Shown in pieces: positions 7,722 to 16,671 of a DNA stretch of 64,000 bases. The notes beneath the pieces are model-generated. The model worked only from the letters and a program-made list of their open reading frames with translations, ran no database searches and was not told the DNA's origin. Numbering within the stretch: the stretch's first letter is position 1; each line of letters starts with the position of its first letter. Made by a program: the position numbers and the translations under genes. Origin of the DNA: Bacteroidia bacterium (lineage in GTDB: Bacteria > Bacteroidota > Bacteroidia > DATLTG01); contig JBDTAC010000041.1 of assembly GCA_039924845.1 (NCBI GenBank), positions 728-64,727 of the forward strand. The letters are read 5' to 3'.

Positions 7722-8036
7722 GTTTGATGGCGCATGTTACTCGTGTGATGGAGCATGTCATTTGTTTGATGGCGCATGTTAATTGTTTGATGGCACATGT
7801 TACTCGTGTGATGGCAGATGTTATTTGTTTGATGGCACATGTTATTTGTTTGATGGCAGATGTTACTCGTGTGATGGCGCATGTTATTTGTTTGATGGCA
7901 CATGTTATTTGTTTGATGGCACATGTTACTCGTGTGATGGAGCATGTTACTTGTGTGATGGCGCATGTACACTGTGTGATGGAGCATGTTATTTGTTTGA
8001 TGGAGCATGTACACCGTGTGATGGAGTATGTACATC
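7722..8036. repeat. Tandem repeat, 15 contiguous 21-bp units (GTKTGATGGMRCATGTWAYWY)
   Basis: The units were read directly and are in perfect 21-bp register with no spacers. Three overlapping ORFs (two plus, one minus) stay open across it. Confidence 0.95.
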
Positions 8037-8045
8037 GTTTAACAC

Positions 8046-8086
8046 AAAGATGCCTCCTTCGTTAATACGATAAAGGAAGCATCTTT
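8046..8086. other. Hairpin (14-bp stem with one mismatch) 25 nt downstream of the TonB-dependent receptor stop
   Basis: AAAGATGCCTCCTT (8046-8059) pairs with AAGGAAGCATCTTT (8073-8086). No U-tract follows on either strand. Confidence 0.8.
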
Positions 8087-8110
8087 ATAAAAAAAACAAT
8101 ATGAAACGTA

Positions 8111-10546
8111 TTATTTGCCTATCGGGAAAATCAGTTTAAAACCTACATTTCTGCCCATATTGTAAATACCTTGGCTTTGATTGGTTACGGTAACTATTCT
8201 GCCACCATAAGATAGGAAATAGTTTGCAAGATCTAAATGATCTGCATATCCTACATTGGTTAAATTAGTACAATTGATATACAATGAACAAATTACCCTG
8301 CCTGTTTTCGGGTTTACAAAATTGGTTCCTATACCTGCATTAAATAAAGTGTATGCGGCAGAAGGAATTTCTGTATAAAGTGCGCTGTAAATAGCATTTT
8401 GCGCCCAATATTTTGCTTGTCCTAACTTAATGTAGGTATCTTTTAATATGGAATTTGGTTTGTTATTCAAGTGAAGCTTCACTTCCGTAGTTATGTGCGT
8501 AGCAGGTATCCAAGGAATATGATCGGTTGAATCCGTTTGATTTGGCAGAAAGGAATAAATATACGTTAAGCCATTGTCTATTTCAATCCATTTTGTACTA
8601 ACAGGATGTATGTTGAAATACCCCGAAACTCCCGTAATGATAGCAACGTTGCTTGATACAAATTGGTAAACAGGAAGTCCGCCTGAAACAGAATCGGTAC
8701 GATCGCCAAATATGAAATTATTTATAATATTATAAAAACCATCGGCTTCAAAACTAAGGTCCTTCCCATTATTTCCATAGGCAATATCTAATTGATAGCC
8801 TTGTTCTGATTTTAAATTTAAGTTCCCTAACTGAACGGCATTGGAACCGATATTCTGACCATTGCTTGTTAATTCATTAATAGCAGGAGCTCGGTAACTC
8901 TTTGAGAAATTGAGTTTCAGATAATTATTATTTGGTAATTGGTAAGAAGCACCAACACTTCCGGATGGTCCGGTATACGTATTGTTAAATGGACTAAATT
9001 GTGTTTCTGCTCCCGGAGTTCCAGCCGAAACTTGCTGTTGTTCGGGAGTACCACTGTTTGTCAGATACATTCCTTGTCCAATAAAATTACTCCAATCGTA
9101 TCTCAATCCTCCACTTACTGTGAGATTTTTAAAATCTTTTTCTAAAATGGCATAAGCACCCGCTTGAAAATCGGTATAGTTCGGTATTTCATAATTACCA
9201 ATATAAGGCGCAGGTGGTTCCGCCAGTTGGTGCTCGAATTCGTAAGTCCCGTTTATGCCAGTGGTCAGTTTCAATCCTGATTTTTCTCCTATAATTTGAT
9301 ATTTCAAGGAATAAGGAATATCATATACCTGCATATTTCCTTCTCCAACACTTCCTGAATCAATGTCGTGGTGAACACTTTGGGTGAAACCAATATCTAT
9401 CCCAACTCTTCCAGTGCCTGCGTTAATACTATTTTGCCACCAAATTTGATTTTCATCCAAAATTTTATCTCCAGCAATGGTAGGATTGTATGCTAAGAAG
9501 TTGGATTTGTTTGGATATATCTGTCCATTTTGAGGAGCATCGAACATAAATTGTCCAGTTGCGCTGTCGCGATTACCATCCGGCACTTGAATTCGTCTGT
9601 GGAGCGCGCTTACTGTAAGTCGCGTATATCCCCAAGATTTATTCAGTCCAATTGTTAATCGCGCATTCGACTGTTGCCAAGCAGTTCCCCAAATATATCC
9701 ATCTTTTGGATTCCAGTAATCATGCGTTTCTTCGTTACTTGCTCTTAGGTTCCACACAAAATCATTATTATTTCCTCCAATATTTTCGGAGGTTCCGATG
9801 TATCCATCATTGGTATGATATTCTGTAAGCACGCTACCTTGCACCGTTCCGCTTTCTGCAAAAGGTTGCGATTTAAAGCTAATCACTCCCGCTTCGGCAC
9901 TTGCCCCATATTGTAAAGAAGCAGGTCCTCGAATAATTTCAGCATCATAAACAGCATAAGGATCTATCAAAATACCGTGGTCGTCTCCCCATTGAAAATC
10001 TTCTTGTCTTTCTCCATCCATCAACACTAAAACACGGTCAAATCCCAAGCCGTTAATTTGTGGCTTTGTGGTCCCAGAACCTTCCGTTGTTTCATTTACA
10101 CCAGGCTGAGAAGCCACGGCATCAATGGCAGTACTCGAAGTTTGTTGCAACATTACATCGTGAGATATCAGCGAAACAGGTACGGGAGAACGTTGCGTAT
10201 TGGTAACGTTACCCAATGCTGTAATCACCACTTCGTTAGCGGTACAGGCGGAAATACACATAGAACAAGTACAAGTGGTACTGTCCGTTATCATAACTTG
10301 TTGAGTTATGGTAGCATATCCCAAAATTTTTACTTCCATTTCATAAGTTCCTTTAGGGATAGGACTTATTCTAAATTCTCCATTTGAATTGGTAGTAGCA
10401 CCTAAATTAAGTTGCGGAATATACACCACGGCTCCCACTATTGTTTGATGGCTCAAAGAGTCTATAACAGTACCACTTAAAGACTGAGCCATTGCAACAT
10501 TGATTAACATCAATAAAGATGAAATCAATAAAAATATTTTTTTCAT
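8111..10546 (-). CDS. TonB-dependent receptor with an N-terminal carboxypeptidase-regulatory-like domain
   Basis: The signal peptide is MKKIFLLISSLLMLINVAMAQ. A CarboxypepD_reg-like segment (GTVIDS...NGEFRISPIPKGTYEMEVKILGY) is followed by a plug region and a long beta-barrel ending in an aromatic-rich C-terminus. Confidence 0.85.
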   Translation of the reverse strand: MKKIFLLISSLLMLINVAMAQSLSGTVIDSLSHQTIVGAVVYIPQLNLGATTNSNGEFRISPIPKGTYEMEVKILGYATITQQVMITDSTTCTCSMCISACTANEVVITALGNVTNTQRSPVPVSLISHDVMLQQTSSTAIDAVASQPGVNETTEGSGTTKPQINGLGFDRVLVLMDGERQEDFQWGDDHGILIDPYAVYDAEIIRGPASLQYGASAEAGVISFKSQPFAESGTVQGSVLTEYHTNDGYIGTSENIGGNNNDFVWNLRASNEETHDYWNPKDGYIWGTAWQQSNARLTIGLNKSWGYTRLTVSALHRRIQVPDGNRDSATGQFMFDAPQNGQIYPNKSNFLAYNPTIAGDKILDENQIWWQNSINAGTGRVGIDIGFTQSVHHDIDSGSVGEGNMQVYDIPYSLKYQIIGEKSGLKLTTGINGTYEFEHQLAEPPAPYIGNYEIPNYTDFQAGAYAILEKDFKNLTVSGGLRYDWSNFIGQGMYLTNSGTPEQQQVSAGTPGAETQFSPFNNTYTGPSGSVGASYQLPNNNYLKLNFSKSYRAPAINELTSNGQNIGSNAVQLGNLNLKSEQGYQLDIAYGNNGKDLSFEADGFYNIINNFIFGDRTDSVSGGLPVYQFVSSNVAIITGVSGYFNIHPVSTKWIEIDNGLTYIYSFLPNQTDSTDHIPWIPATHITTEVKLHLNNKPNSILKDTYIKLGQAKYWAQNAIYSALYTEIPSAAYTLFNAGIGTNFVNPKTGRVICSLYINCTNLTNVGYADHLDLANYFLSYGGRIVTVTNQSQGIYNMGRNVGFKLIFPIGK

Positions 10547-10610
10547 GAAATGATAATACTGTAATAAATAAAACTCTTTTGTTATTCTGAACATTTGAAG
10601 AATCTATTTT

Positions 10611-10629
10611 ACAAAGATGCTTCCTTCGT
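10611..10629. repeat. Second copy of the 19-mer ACAAAGATGCYTCCTTCGT in the receptor leader
   Basis: It matches 8044-8062 in 18 of 19 positions. Its core AAAGATGCTTCCTT is the perfect reverse complement of 8073-8086. Confidence 0.85.
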
Positions 10630-10669
10630 CTGCAAGACGAGTAACCTGTTTTTAGAAACTAAAATCTTA

Positions 10670-11059
10670 TTAAGCAGTAAATGTAGGCGGATGGAAAATT
10701 TCTAAAATCGCTTTCGCAGATTTTTTTTCAGTATAAATAGAAATTATTTTTGAGGAAAACTTAGGTAAGAAATAAGCTGTTAAATTATTTTTTTTCAGAC
10801 AAAAAAGTGTTTCTAAGTTATCGGAATTAATTGTTGTCGGAGAATTATTTTTTTTATTTTCAGATGCAGCCTTTTTCAATTGTTTCGCCATGTAACACTT
10901 GCCATTGCAGCACATCTTGGTGTTCGATTTATTTTCACAGAGATTGGCAGCAATGTATTTTTCGTGCATCAAATAATCTACAACGGGCACAAAAGGCTTT
11001 ATCAAAGCGAGGGCGTATATCAATAATAAATTAATCGCAATTATTTTTTTGATGCACAT
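10670..11059 (-). CDS. Small N-terminally anchored Cys-motif protein (hypothetical)
   Basis: It has an ATG start, one TM helix, and the motif DYLMHEKYIAANLCENKSNTKMCCNGKCYM. It lies directly upstream of the receptor on the same strand. Confidence 0.5.
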   Translation of the reverse strand: MCIKKIIAINLLLIYALALIKPFVPVVDYLMHEKYIAANLCENKSNTKMCCNGKCYMAKQLKKAASENKKNNSPTTINSDNLETLFCLKKNNLTAYFLPKFSSKIISIYTEKKSAKAILEIFHPPTFTA

Positions 11060-11213
11060 ACGGCAAAGGTATTTGTTTTTAGGAAGCGTTTTTTATTTAT
11101 TGTGTTCCTTCGTTTTTCTAATTGGAATTTAATTTTTAAAAAATAATTTTCAAACAAACGGAAACACCTATCTTTGTTAAACAAATCAAAAAAATATTTT
11201 TTCAATACTGCCC

Positions 11214-11744
11214 ATGAAAACACGTATTTCTCTTTTGAAAAAATATTTTTCGGCGAGCCTTTTTTTACTTCTGTTTTTTAGCGTTTCCGGCATCGCACAA
11301 ATAAAATATGCGCAAGTGGGTGTTAACGGTTTGACTTGCTCCGCCTGTACGCGCTCGGTAGAAATGAGCATTCGTAAATTAGATTTTGTGAAAGATGTGC
11401 AAATGGATTTGAAAAATACGGAAGGGAAGATTATTTTTAAGGAAGGTAAAACCGTGTCGATGGAAAAAATTGCGCAAGCCGTTTACGATGCCGGATTTTC
11501 TGTTCGTTATTTAAAAGCTGCTTTTGTTTTTGATCATCTTTCTATTTCGGAAGGTTTTACATACACGTTCGAAAACTCTTTTTATCAGTTTGTTGGCGTG
11601 GAAACTAAAAAGTTAAATGGCGAAGTAATTTTGACTTTTCTCGGAAAAAAATACTTGGATAGAAAAGGATATAAAAAATGGGAAGATACCTTGAAACCTT
11701 CTTCCGCAAACGCGAATAAAAGCGTTTATTACGTTACTACATGA
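11214..11744 (+). CDS. Secreted heavy-metal-associated (HMA) domain protein
   Basis: A signal peptide is followed by the GLTCSACTRSVE metal-binding CxxC motif in a ferredoxin-like HMA context. Confidence 0.7.
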   Translation: MKTRISLLKKYFSASLFLLLFFSVSGIAQIKYAQVGVNGLTCSACTRSVEMSIRKLDFVKDVQMDLKNTEGKIIFKEGKTVSMEKIAQAVYDAGFSVRYLKAAFVFDHLSISEGFTYTFENSFYQFVGVETKKLNGEVILTFLGKKYLDRKGYKKWEDTLKPSSANANKSVYYVTT

Positions 11745-12736
11745 AACGAATTATTTTTGTTTTCGCCTTATTTTTATTTTCTCTCGGAGCAGAAGCGCAA
11801 GAACTTTTTCCGATTAATGAGCCTGCAAGTACTATCCCGAAAGGAGTTTTTGGTATAAGAGCTTTTGGTGAAACATACGAAGAATTAGGCATTTGGAAAC
11901 GAATGGGCGCGCTACGATTGATGTACGGACTTACTTCCAAACTTACTATTGAAGCCACCGGAGTTATTTCCAATCATCACGATAGTATTTTGCCCGCTAA
12001 TTTGGTTACGCACACACATTACGGCACGCAAACTACTTATTTCACAGGTGCTATTCCACGCGGAATTGTGTATCCGTATCGTTTTCACGATGACATTAAT
12101 TTATATGCAAAATATCGCTTTCTCAGTTTAGACGGGCAAAACGAACATTTTAGAGCTTCGGCTTACGGTGAATATTCCTTTGTAAATGTGGCGCACGACG
12201 AAGCCGAACCAGATTTATTAGACGATACAAAAGGTTTTGGAAGCGGGTTGATTTTAACGTATTTGAAAAATCGCTTTGCAGCGTCTATCACAACGGGAAT
12301 AATACTTCCGGGCAATTATTCGGAAAACGATTACAACTCGATTTACACGGTGCATTGGAATACGTACGAAATTGTTTATGGCAAAGCGGCGGTGTATAAT
12401 TTATCCTTGGGTTATTTGCTTTATCCTAAGGATTATACGGATTACAGTGAGGCAAACTGGAATATTTATTGCGAATTTCTTGGAACATCCTATCAAGGCG
12501 CGAAAGTAATTGAGGATGGAACTTCCATTGATGTGCAAACAACGGCGCTCAAAGCAGGTAATTACATTAATATTTGTCCGGGTGTTCAGAAAATTTTTGA
12601 TTCCAATTTACGAATTGATTTTTCGGTGCAATGGCCTATGATTAGTAAATCGTACGTGTATTATTATCCCGTTTACATGATTGGCTTACAACGCTATTTT
12701 TATCCGAAATCCCATAAAAAAAGAGCGAATTTATAA
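11741..12736 (+). CDS. Putative outer-membrane beta-barrel protein (hypothetical)
   Basis: It has a signal peptide ending AEAQ and alternating aromatic/hydrophobic strands. Its ATG overlaps the HMA gene stop as ATGA. Confidence 0.5.
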   Translation: MKRIIFVFALFLFSLGAEAQELFPINEPASTIPKGVFGIRAFGETYEELGIWKRMGALRLMYGLTSKLTIEATGVISNHHDSILPANLVTHTHYGTQTTYFTGAIPRGIVYPYRFHDDINLYAKYRFLSLDGQNEHFRASAYGEYSFVNVAHDEAEPDLLDDTKGFGSGLILTYLKNRFAASITTGIILPGNYSENDYNSIYTVHWNTYEIVYGKAAVYNLSLGYLLYPKDYTDYSEANWNIYCEFLGTSYQGAKVIEDGTSIDVQTTALKAGNYINICPGVQKIFDSNLRIDFSVQWPMISKSYVYYYPVYMIGLQRYFYPKSHKKRANL

Positions 12737-12737
12737 T

Positions 12738-12755
12738 CAAAAAATTATTTTTTTG
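12738..12755. repeat. A-tract/T-tract palindrome (CAAAAAATTATTTTTTTG), representative copy between convergent genes
   Basis: The central TTA at 12745-12747 is the stop codon of the minus-strand gene. The plus-strand gene stops 2 nt before the motif. Confidence 0.9.
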
Positions 12756-14610
12756 AAACGGAAATTGCTACACGCCTATTTTTTGCTCTTCCGGCTGGGT
12801 TATCACTTCCGTCAGGATTCGTATTTGGAGCAATAGGGTCGGAACTTCCTGCGCCAGTAAGCAAAATTTGTTTTTTAGGAATTCCTTTTTCTGTAAAATA
12901 ACGCTCCACCATTTTAGCACGTTTCAAGGAAAGAGCTTTATTAAGAGCTGTCGTTCCTTTCGAATCGCAATAGCCTGTTAAAGTGAGTTGTGATAGTGTA
13001 TTTTCCTTTAAATATTTATATACTGAGTCCATTCCTGGATAATAAATAGTTTTAACAGTAGATTTATCAAAATCGAAATAAACAAAATCAGTATTCGAAA
13101 AAATATTTTTTCCACCGCCGGATAATTTACTTGCAATAGAATCTGCTTTTGTTTTTTCTGCCAATGCAATTGAAGCAATAGAATCATTGGCTTTGGCTGT
13201 CGAATCTTTTTTCAAAGCCATTAATGAGGCTTTCGCTAAAGAATCGACTTTGTTAGTTTCAAAATCAATCATGTAAATATCCAAACCTCCATATGTATCG
13301 TGTCTTTCGGTAGAATAATAGCCATGAGTTCCAGCAGCATTCATCGTAAAAAAAATATCGTTTCCGCCTTCATTAATTGGATAACCCATATTCTGAGGTT
13401 TTCCCCATTTCCCATTTTCTAAGGTAGATTTAAAAACATCAAAACCTCCGATGCTGTTGTGTCCTTGCGATGAAAAATAAAGTGTTTTTCCGTCGGCGGT
13501 AACAAACGGACTTTCTTCGTCCAGCGCGGTATTAATTTTCGGTCCAAGATTTTGAAGTGGACTCCACGTCCCGTCAGCTTGCAGTGAAGATTGATAAATA
13601 TCTTTTCCGCCAAAACCTCCTGCGCGCTCGCTCACTACATACAAGATTTTTTCGTCTGCCGAAAAGCAAGCACTTGGATTGTAGGAGTTTTTAGTATTGA
13701 TATTTTTATCCAATCGTTGCGGTTTTTGCCATGCATCATTTTTCAATTCAGAAATCCAAATACTGTAATTCTTATAGATTAACAACTTTGTGCCATCAGC
13801 AGAAATGGCAATGGATGCATCATGGAAATTAGTGTTAATAGCTTTTCCTATATTTTTTGCTCTTGAAAAAAATATTTTTTGAAAACCTCTTGGCGCTGGA
13901 AATTTATCCGCAGTTGAATCCAAACGTAACGAAGCGTTCCATTCTTCACCAGAAATTTTTTTGGAGGAATAAATATCTTCATAATACAAACCATCATCTG
14001 CAATTTTTCCGCCTGTTCCTTTTCGTTTTGATGTAAAAATAAGGATAGATTCATTCGCAGAAATAACAGGCGCATAATCCGGAAAACTTGAATTAATACC
14101 AGCTCCCAAATTTTCGATTCGTACGTTAACTGGGTGTTGCATCAACGCAATTCCGTTTTTACAAGCTGCAATATTGGAATCTATTTCTGCGATATCTTCA
14201 GTAGCTTTCGGTTTTATAAACGAAATTAATTTTTGGTAATTTGTAATGGCTTCTTGAAAATTATTTTCGTGTTGATTGGCTAAAGCTAAATAATAATAAA
14301 GATCAGGAATCGTATCGCTTTGGATGTATTTTTTTGCATTTTCTAAAATATGTAATGCTTTTTCATTCTCTGTTTCGGAATAATAATAACAAATTCCCGC
14401 ATGAAAATTGGTAAGGGCATTGGTTGAGTCTGTTTGCAATAATTCTGCATAATAAGGAAATGCTCTGCTGTATTCTTCAAACAAGAAATGATTTTCTGCT
14501 TTACGCAAAAGTCTTTTTTCTTTTCGCGTAAGCGTATTGGCATTCACATTAAGTGATAAGCCATAAATGCAGAGAGAAATAATTGTGAGGTTGAAAAAAT
14601 AATTTTTCAA
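12745..14610 (-). CDS. OmpA-family protein with N-terminal TPR and TolB-like PD40 beta-propeller repeats
   Basis: It has repeated PD40-like motifs (FTSKR..GG.DIY) and a C-terminal OmpA-like domain (GYCDSKGTTALNKALSLKRA...NRRVAI). The start is TTG and lies inside an A/T palindrome. Confidence 0.8.
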   Translation of the reverse strand: MKNYFFNLTIISLCIYGLSLNVNANTLTRKEKRLLRKAENHFLFEEYSRAFPYYAELLQTDSTNALTNFHAGICYYYSETENEKALHILENAKKYIQSDTIPDLYYYLALANQHENNFQEAITNYQKLISFIKPKATEDIAEIDSNIAACKNGIALMQHPVNVRIENLGAGINSSFPDYAPVISANESILIFTSKRKGTGGKIADDGLYYEDIYSSKKISGEEWNASLRLDSTADKFPAPRGFQKIFFSRAKNIGKAINTNFHDASIAISADGTKLLIYKNYSIWISELKNDAWQKPQRLDKNINTKNSYNPSACFSADEKILYVVSERAGGFGGKDIYQSSLQADGTWSPLQNLGPKINTALDEESPFVTADGKTLYFSSQGHNSIGGFDVFKSTLENGKWGKPQNMGYPINEGGNDIFFTMNAAGTHGYYSTERHDTYGGLDIYMIDFETNKVDSLAKASLMALKKDSTAKANDSIASIALAEKTKADSIASKLSGGGKNIFSNTDFVYFDFDKSTVKTIYYPGMDSVYKYLKENTLSQLTLTGYCDSKGTTALNKALSLKRAKMVERYFTEKGIPKKQILLTGAGSSDPIAPNTNPDGSDNPAGRAKNRRVAISVSKK

Positions 14611-14616
14611 AATGAT

Positions 14617-16656
14617 TTATTTTTTTTCTTTGAGTTGTAACTTTTCTGGAACTTTAATTTTTTCAACCACATTGAGTTCGCCTTTCGTACTTAAAATTTT
14701 AAATTCAAATCGTCTGTTTAACGCCATTCCATTCCAATTCCAAGAGCCATCGGTATTTTTATTGATGGCAATGGGTTGTGTATCTCCGTAGCCTTTGGCA
14801 CTGAGTCTTTTTTCTTCTATCCCTTGTTCCACCATATACGCCACAACTGCTTCGGCACGTTTTTGAGATAATTTTAAATTCATATCAGATCTTCCTTGTG
14901 AGTCGGTATGTCCTGAAATTTCAGCCACTAATTGCGGATATCGTTTCATCAGCGCAATTAATTTATTCAATTCTTCTTGGGATCCTACAGCTAATTTAGA
15001 TTGTCCGGATGCGAAAAAAATATTTTTCAAAACAATTTTTTGTCCTACTTCTATAGGAGCTAAAACAACAGGTTTATTAATTATTTGATAAGCAGAATTC
15101 GTTGGCACTTCCATATTTTCTGTTTGAAACAAAAAATTATCGGCTTGATAGGTGATGTGGTACGTTTTTCCCGGAGGAAGGATAAATAAATATTTTCCAG
15201 TGCTGGAATTCGGATAATATTGACCCACAATTTCGCCAGTAGCACTGTCGGTTACATCAATTTCGGTGCCATCCGGTACATCTCCATAAATACTTTTTAC
15301 AACACCTGTATAAACAGTTAGAGGCTGTTCTTTTTTATCAGGGTACGTCAACATATAAATATCTTTTTCGCCGTAACCTTCCTTTTTGAAAGAAGAATAA
15401 TATGCTCTTTTTCCATCTGCCGTAGGCACGTAGAAAATATCATCGCCAGTAGAATTGACTGGATAACCCATGTTTACAGGATCTGACCACGTTCCACTAT
15501 CGGAAAGCGTGCTGTAAAAAATATCGAAACCGCCCATCGTATTGTGTCCTGTGGAACTGAAATAAAGTGTTTTCCCGTCGGGATGGATGTAAGGAGCATC
15601 TTCATCGTACTGCGTATTTATTTTCGGACCCAAATTGATTGCTTTTCCCCATTCGCCATTTGGCAATTTTTTACTCATGTAGATATCGCGACCTCCATAG
15701 CCTCCGGGACGATTACTCGTAAAGAAAAGTAAATTTCCATCGGCACTAATGCTGGCACTTGGTTCCCAATATTTGGTATTGATATTTTCATTTAATTTTT
15801 GAGGAGTAGTCCACTCTGTACCCAACAAACGACTGGTGTAAATGTTTCCGTCTCCCTGATCATCTTTGTAAATAAAAACAGTTTGTCCATCTACGGAAAG
15901 TCCGATACTCGCTTCGTGTCCATCTGTGTTGATGGGAGGTCCAATATTTTGCGGAGTAGACCAAGCGCCATTTTCTTTGTACGAGATATAAATGTCTTCG
16001 AAATATTTTCCGTCTACGTCTAATTTTCCGCCAGTACTGCCTTTTCTTCTAGAAGTAAAAATAAGCGTTGATTCGTCTGCGGAAACTACTGGAGAATAAT
16101 CGGCATACTTAGAATTGACAGTAGCTCCAAGGTTATCTACTTTAATATTTACCGGTGAGGCTACTAATATTTTTCCCGTATTGCACATATCAATTTGGTG
16201 ATTCACATCCGCTTCGATGGATTTATCTTTTACTGAATCTAAAAATGTTTTGTATTTCTGAAACTGAGCAATGGCAGAATCAAATTGATAATTGAGATGG
16301 TACGCGCGACCTAAAAAATAAGAAGCTTCGATAGGAGCATTTTTTTCTTTCAAACTTCCTTCTTTGTAATCTGCGGACGTATTTGCTGCCGCTCTTTCTA
16401 AATAAGGAACCGATTTTTCATTGTCTATTGGAGCGTTTAAATAGCAAACGCCAATTTTAAAATCCAAATTGTAATTGTCTTTTTCGGTAGAGTCAATGCT
16501 TAGGTAAATGGGCAAAGCCTGAGAAAATAAATTGTTATTGAACAAATCTTCCGCCTTCTGAAAATCTTTTTTTTGATCCTTGTCTTTTGCTTTTGCAAAA
16601 ACGGTTGTTGCTGCTGTAAGCGCAACAATGGTAAAAATAAAATAAATTTTTTTCAT
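14617..16656 (-). CDS. OmpA-family protein with TPR, PD40 repeats and a CarboxypepD_reg-like insert (tandem paralogue)
   Basis: It shares the architecture of 12745-14610. The OmpA-like end reads GHTDSQGRSDMNLKLSQKRAEAV...NRRFEFKI. Confidence 0.8.
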   Translation of the reverse strand: MKKIYFIFTIVALTAATTVFAKAKDKDQKKDFQKAEDLFNNNLFSQALPIYLSIDSTEKDNYNLDFKIGVCYLNAPIDNEKSVPYLERAAANTSADYKEGSLKEKNAPIEASYFLGRAYHLNYQFDSAIAQFQKYKTFLDSVKDKSIEADVNHQIDMCNTGKILVASPVNIKVDNLGATVNSKYADYSPVVSADESTLIFTSRRKGSTGGKLDVDGKYFEDIYISYKENGAWSTPQNIGPPINTDGHEASIGLSVDGQTVFIYKDDQGDGNIYTSRLLGTEWTTPQKLNENINTKYWEPSASISADGNLLFFTSNRPGGYGGRDIYMSKKLPNGEWGKAINLGPKINTQYDEDAPYIHPDGKTLYFSSTGHNTMGGFDIFYSTLSDSGTWSDPVNMGYPVNSTGDDIFYVPTADGKRAYYSSFKKEGYGEKDIYMLTYPDKKEQPLTVYTGVVKSIYGDVPDGTEIDVTDSATGEIVGQYYPNSSTGKYLFILPPGKTYHITYQADNFLFQTENMEVPTNSAYQIINKPVVLAPIEVGQKIVLKNIFFASGQSKLAVGSQEELNKLIALMKRYPQLVAEISGHTDSQGRSDMNLKLSQKRAEAVVAYMVEQGIEEKRLSAKGYGDTQPIAINKNTDGSWNWNGMALNRRFEFKILSTKGELNVVEKIKVPEKLQLKEKK

Positions 16657-16671
16657 GCGGTTTTTGTCAGA

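Noticed and set aside
7722-8036. Possible CRISPR array (regular short repeats).
   Set aside because: The 21-bp units are directly contiguous with no spacers, and the unit is shorter than known CRISPR repeats. No cas genes or leader are nearby. It is a tandem repeat.
7619-8073. Three overlapping ORFs (7619-8035 minus, 7682-8065 plus, 7783-8073 plus) as ordinary protein-coding genes.
   Set aside because: All three are open only because a 21-bp unit without stops is iterated. They cannot all be real, and one listed start is TTG. They are reported as a hypothesis in the findings, not as CDS features.
10595-10669. Riboswitch (for example cobalamin or other ligand) in the leader of the TonB-dependent receptor.
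   Set aside because: Only about 75-120 nt are available before the likely start, too short for known TonB-receptor-associated riboswitch classes. I saw no conserved riboswitch core motifs, only the repeated 19-mer and a small hairpin.
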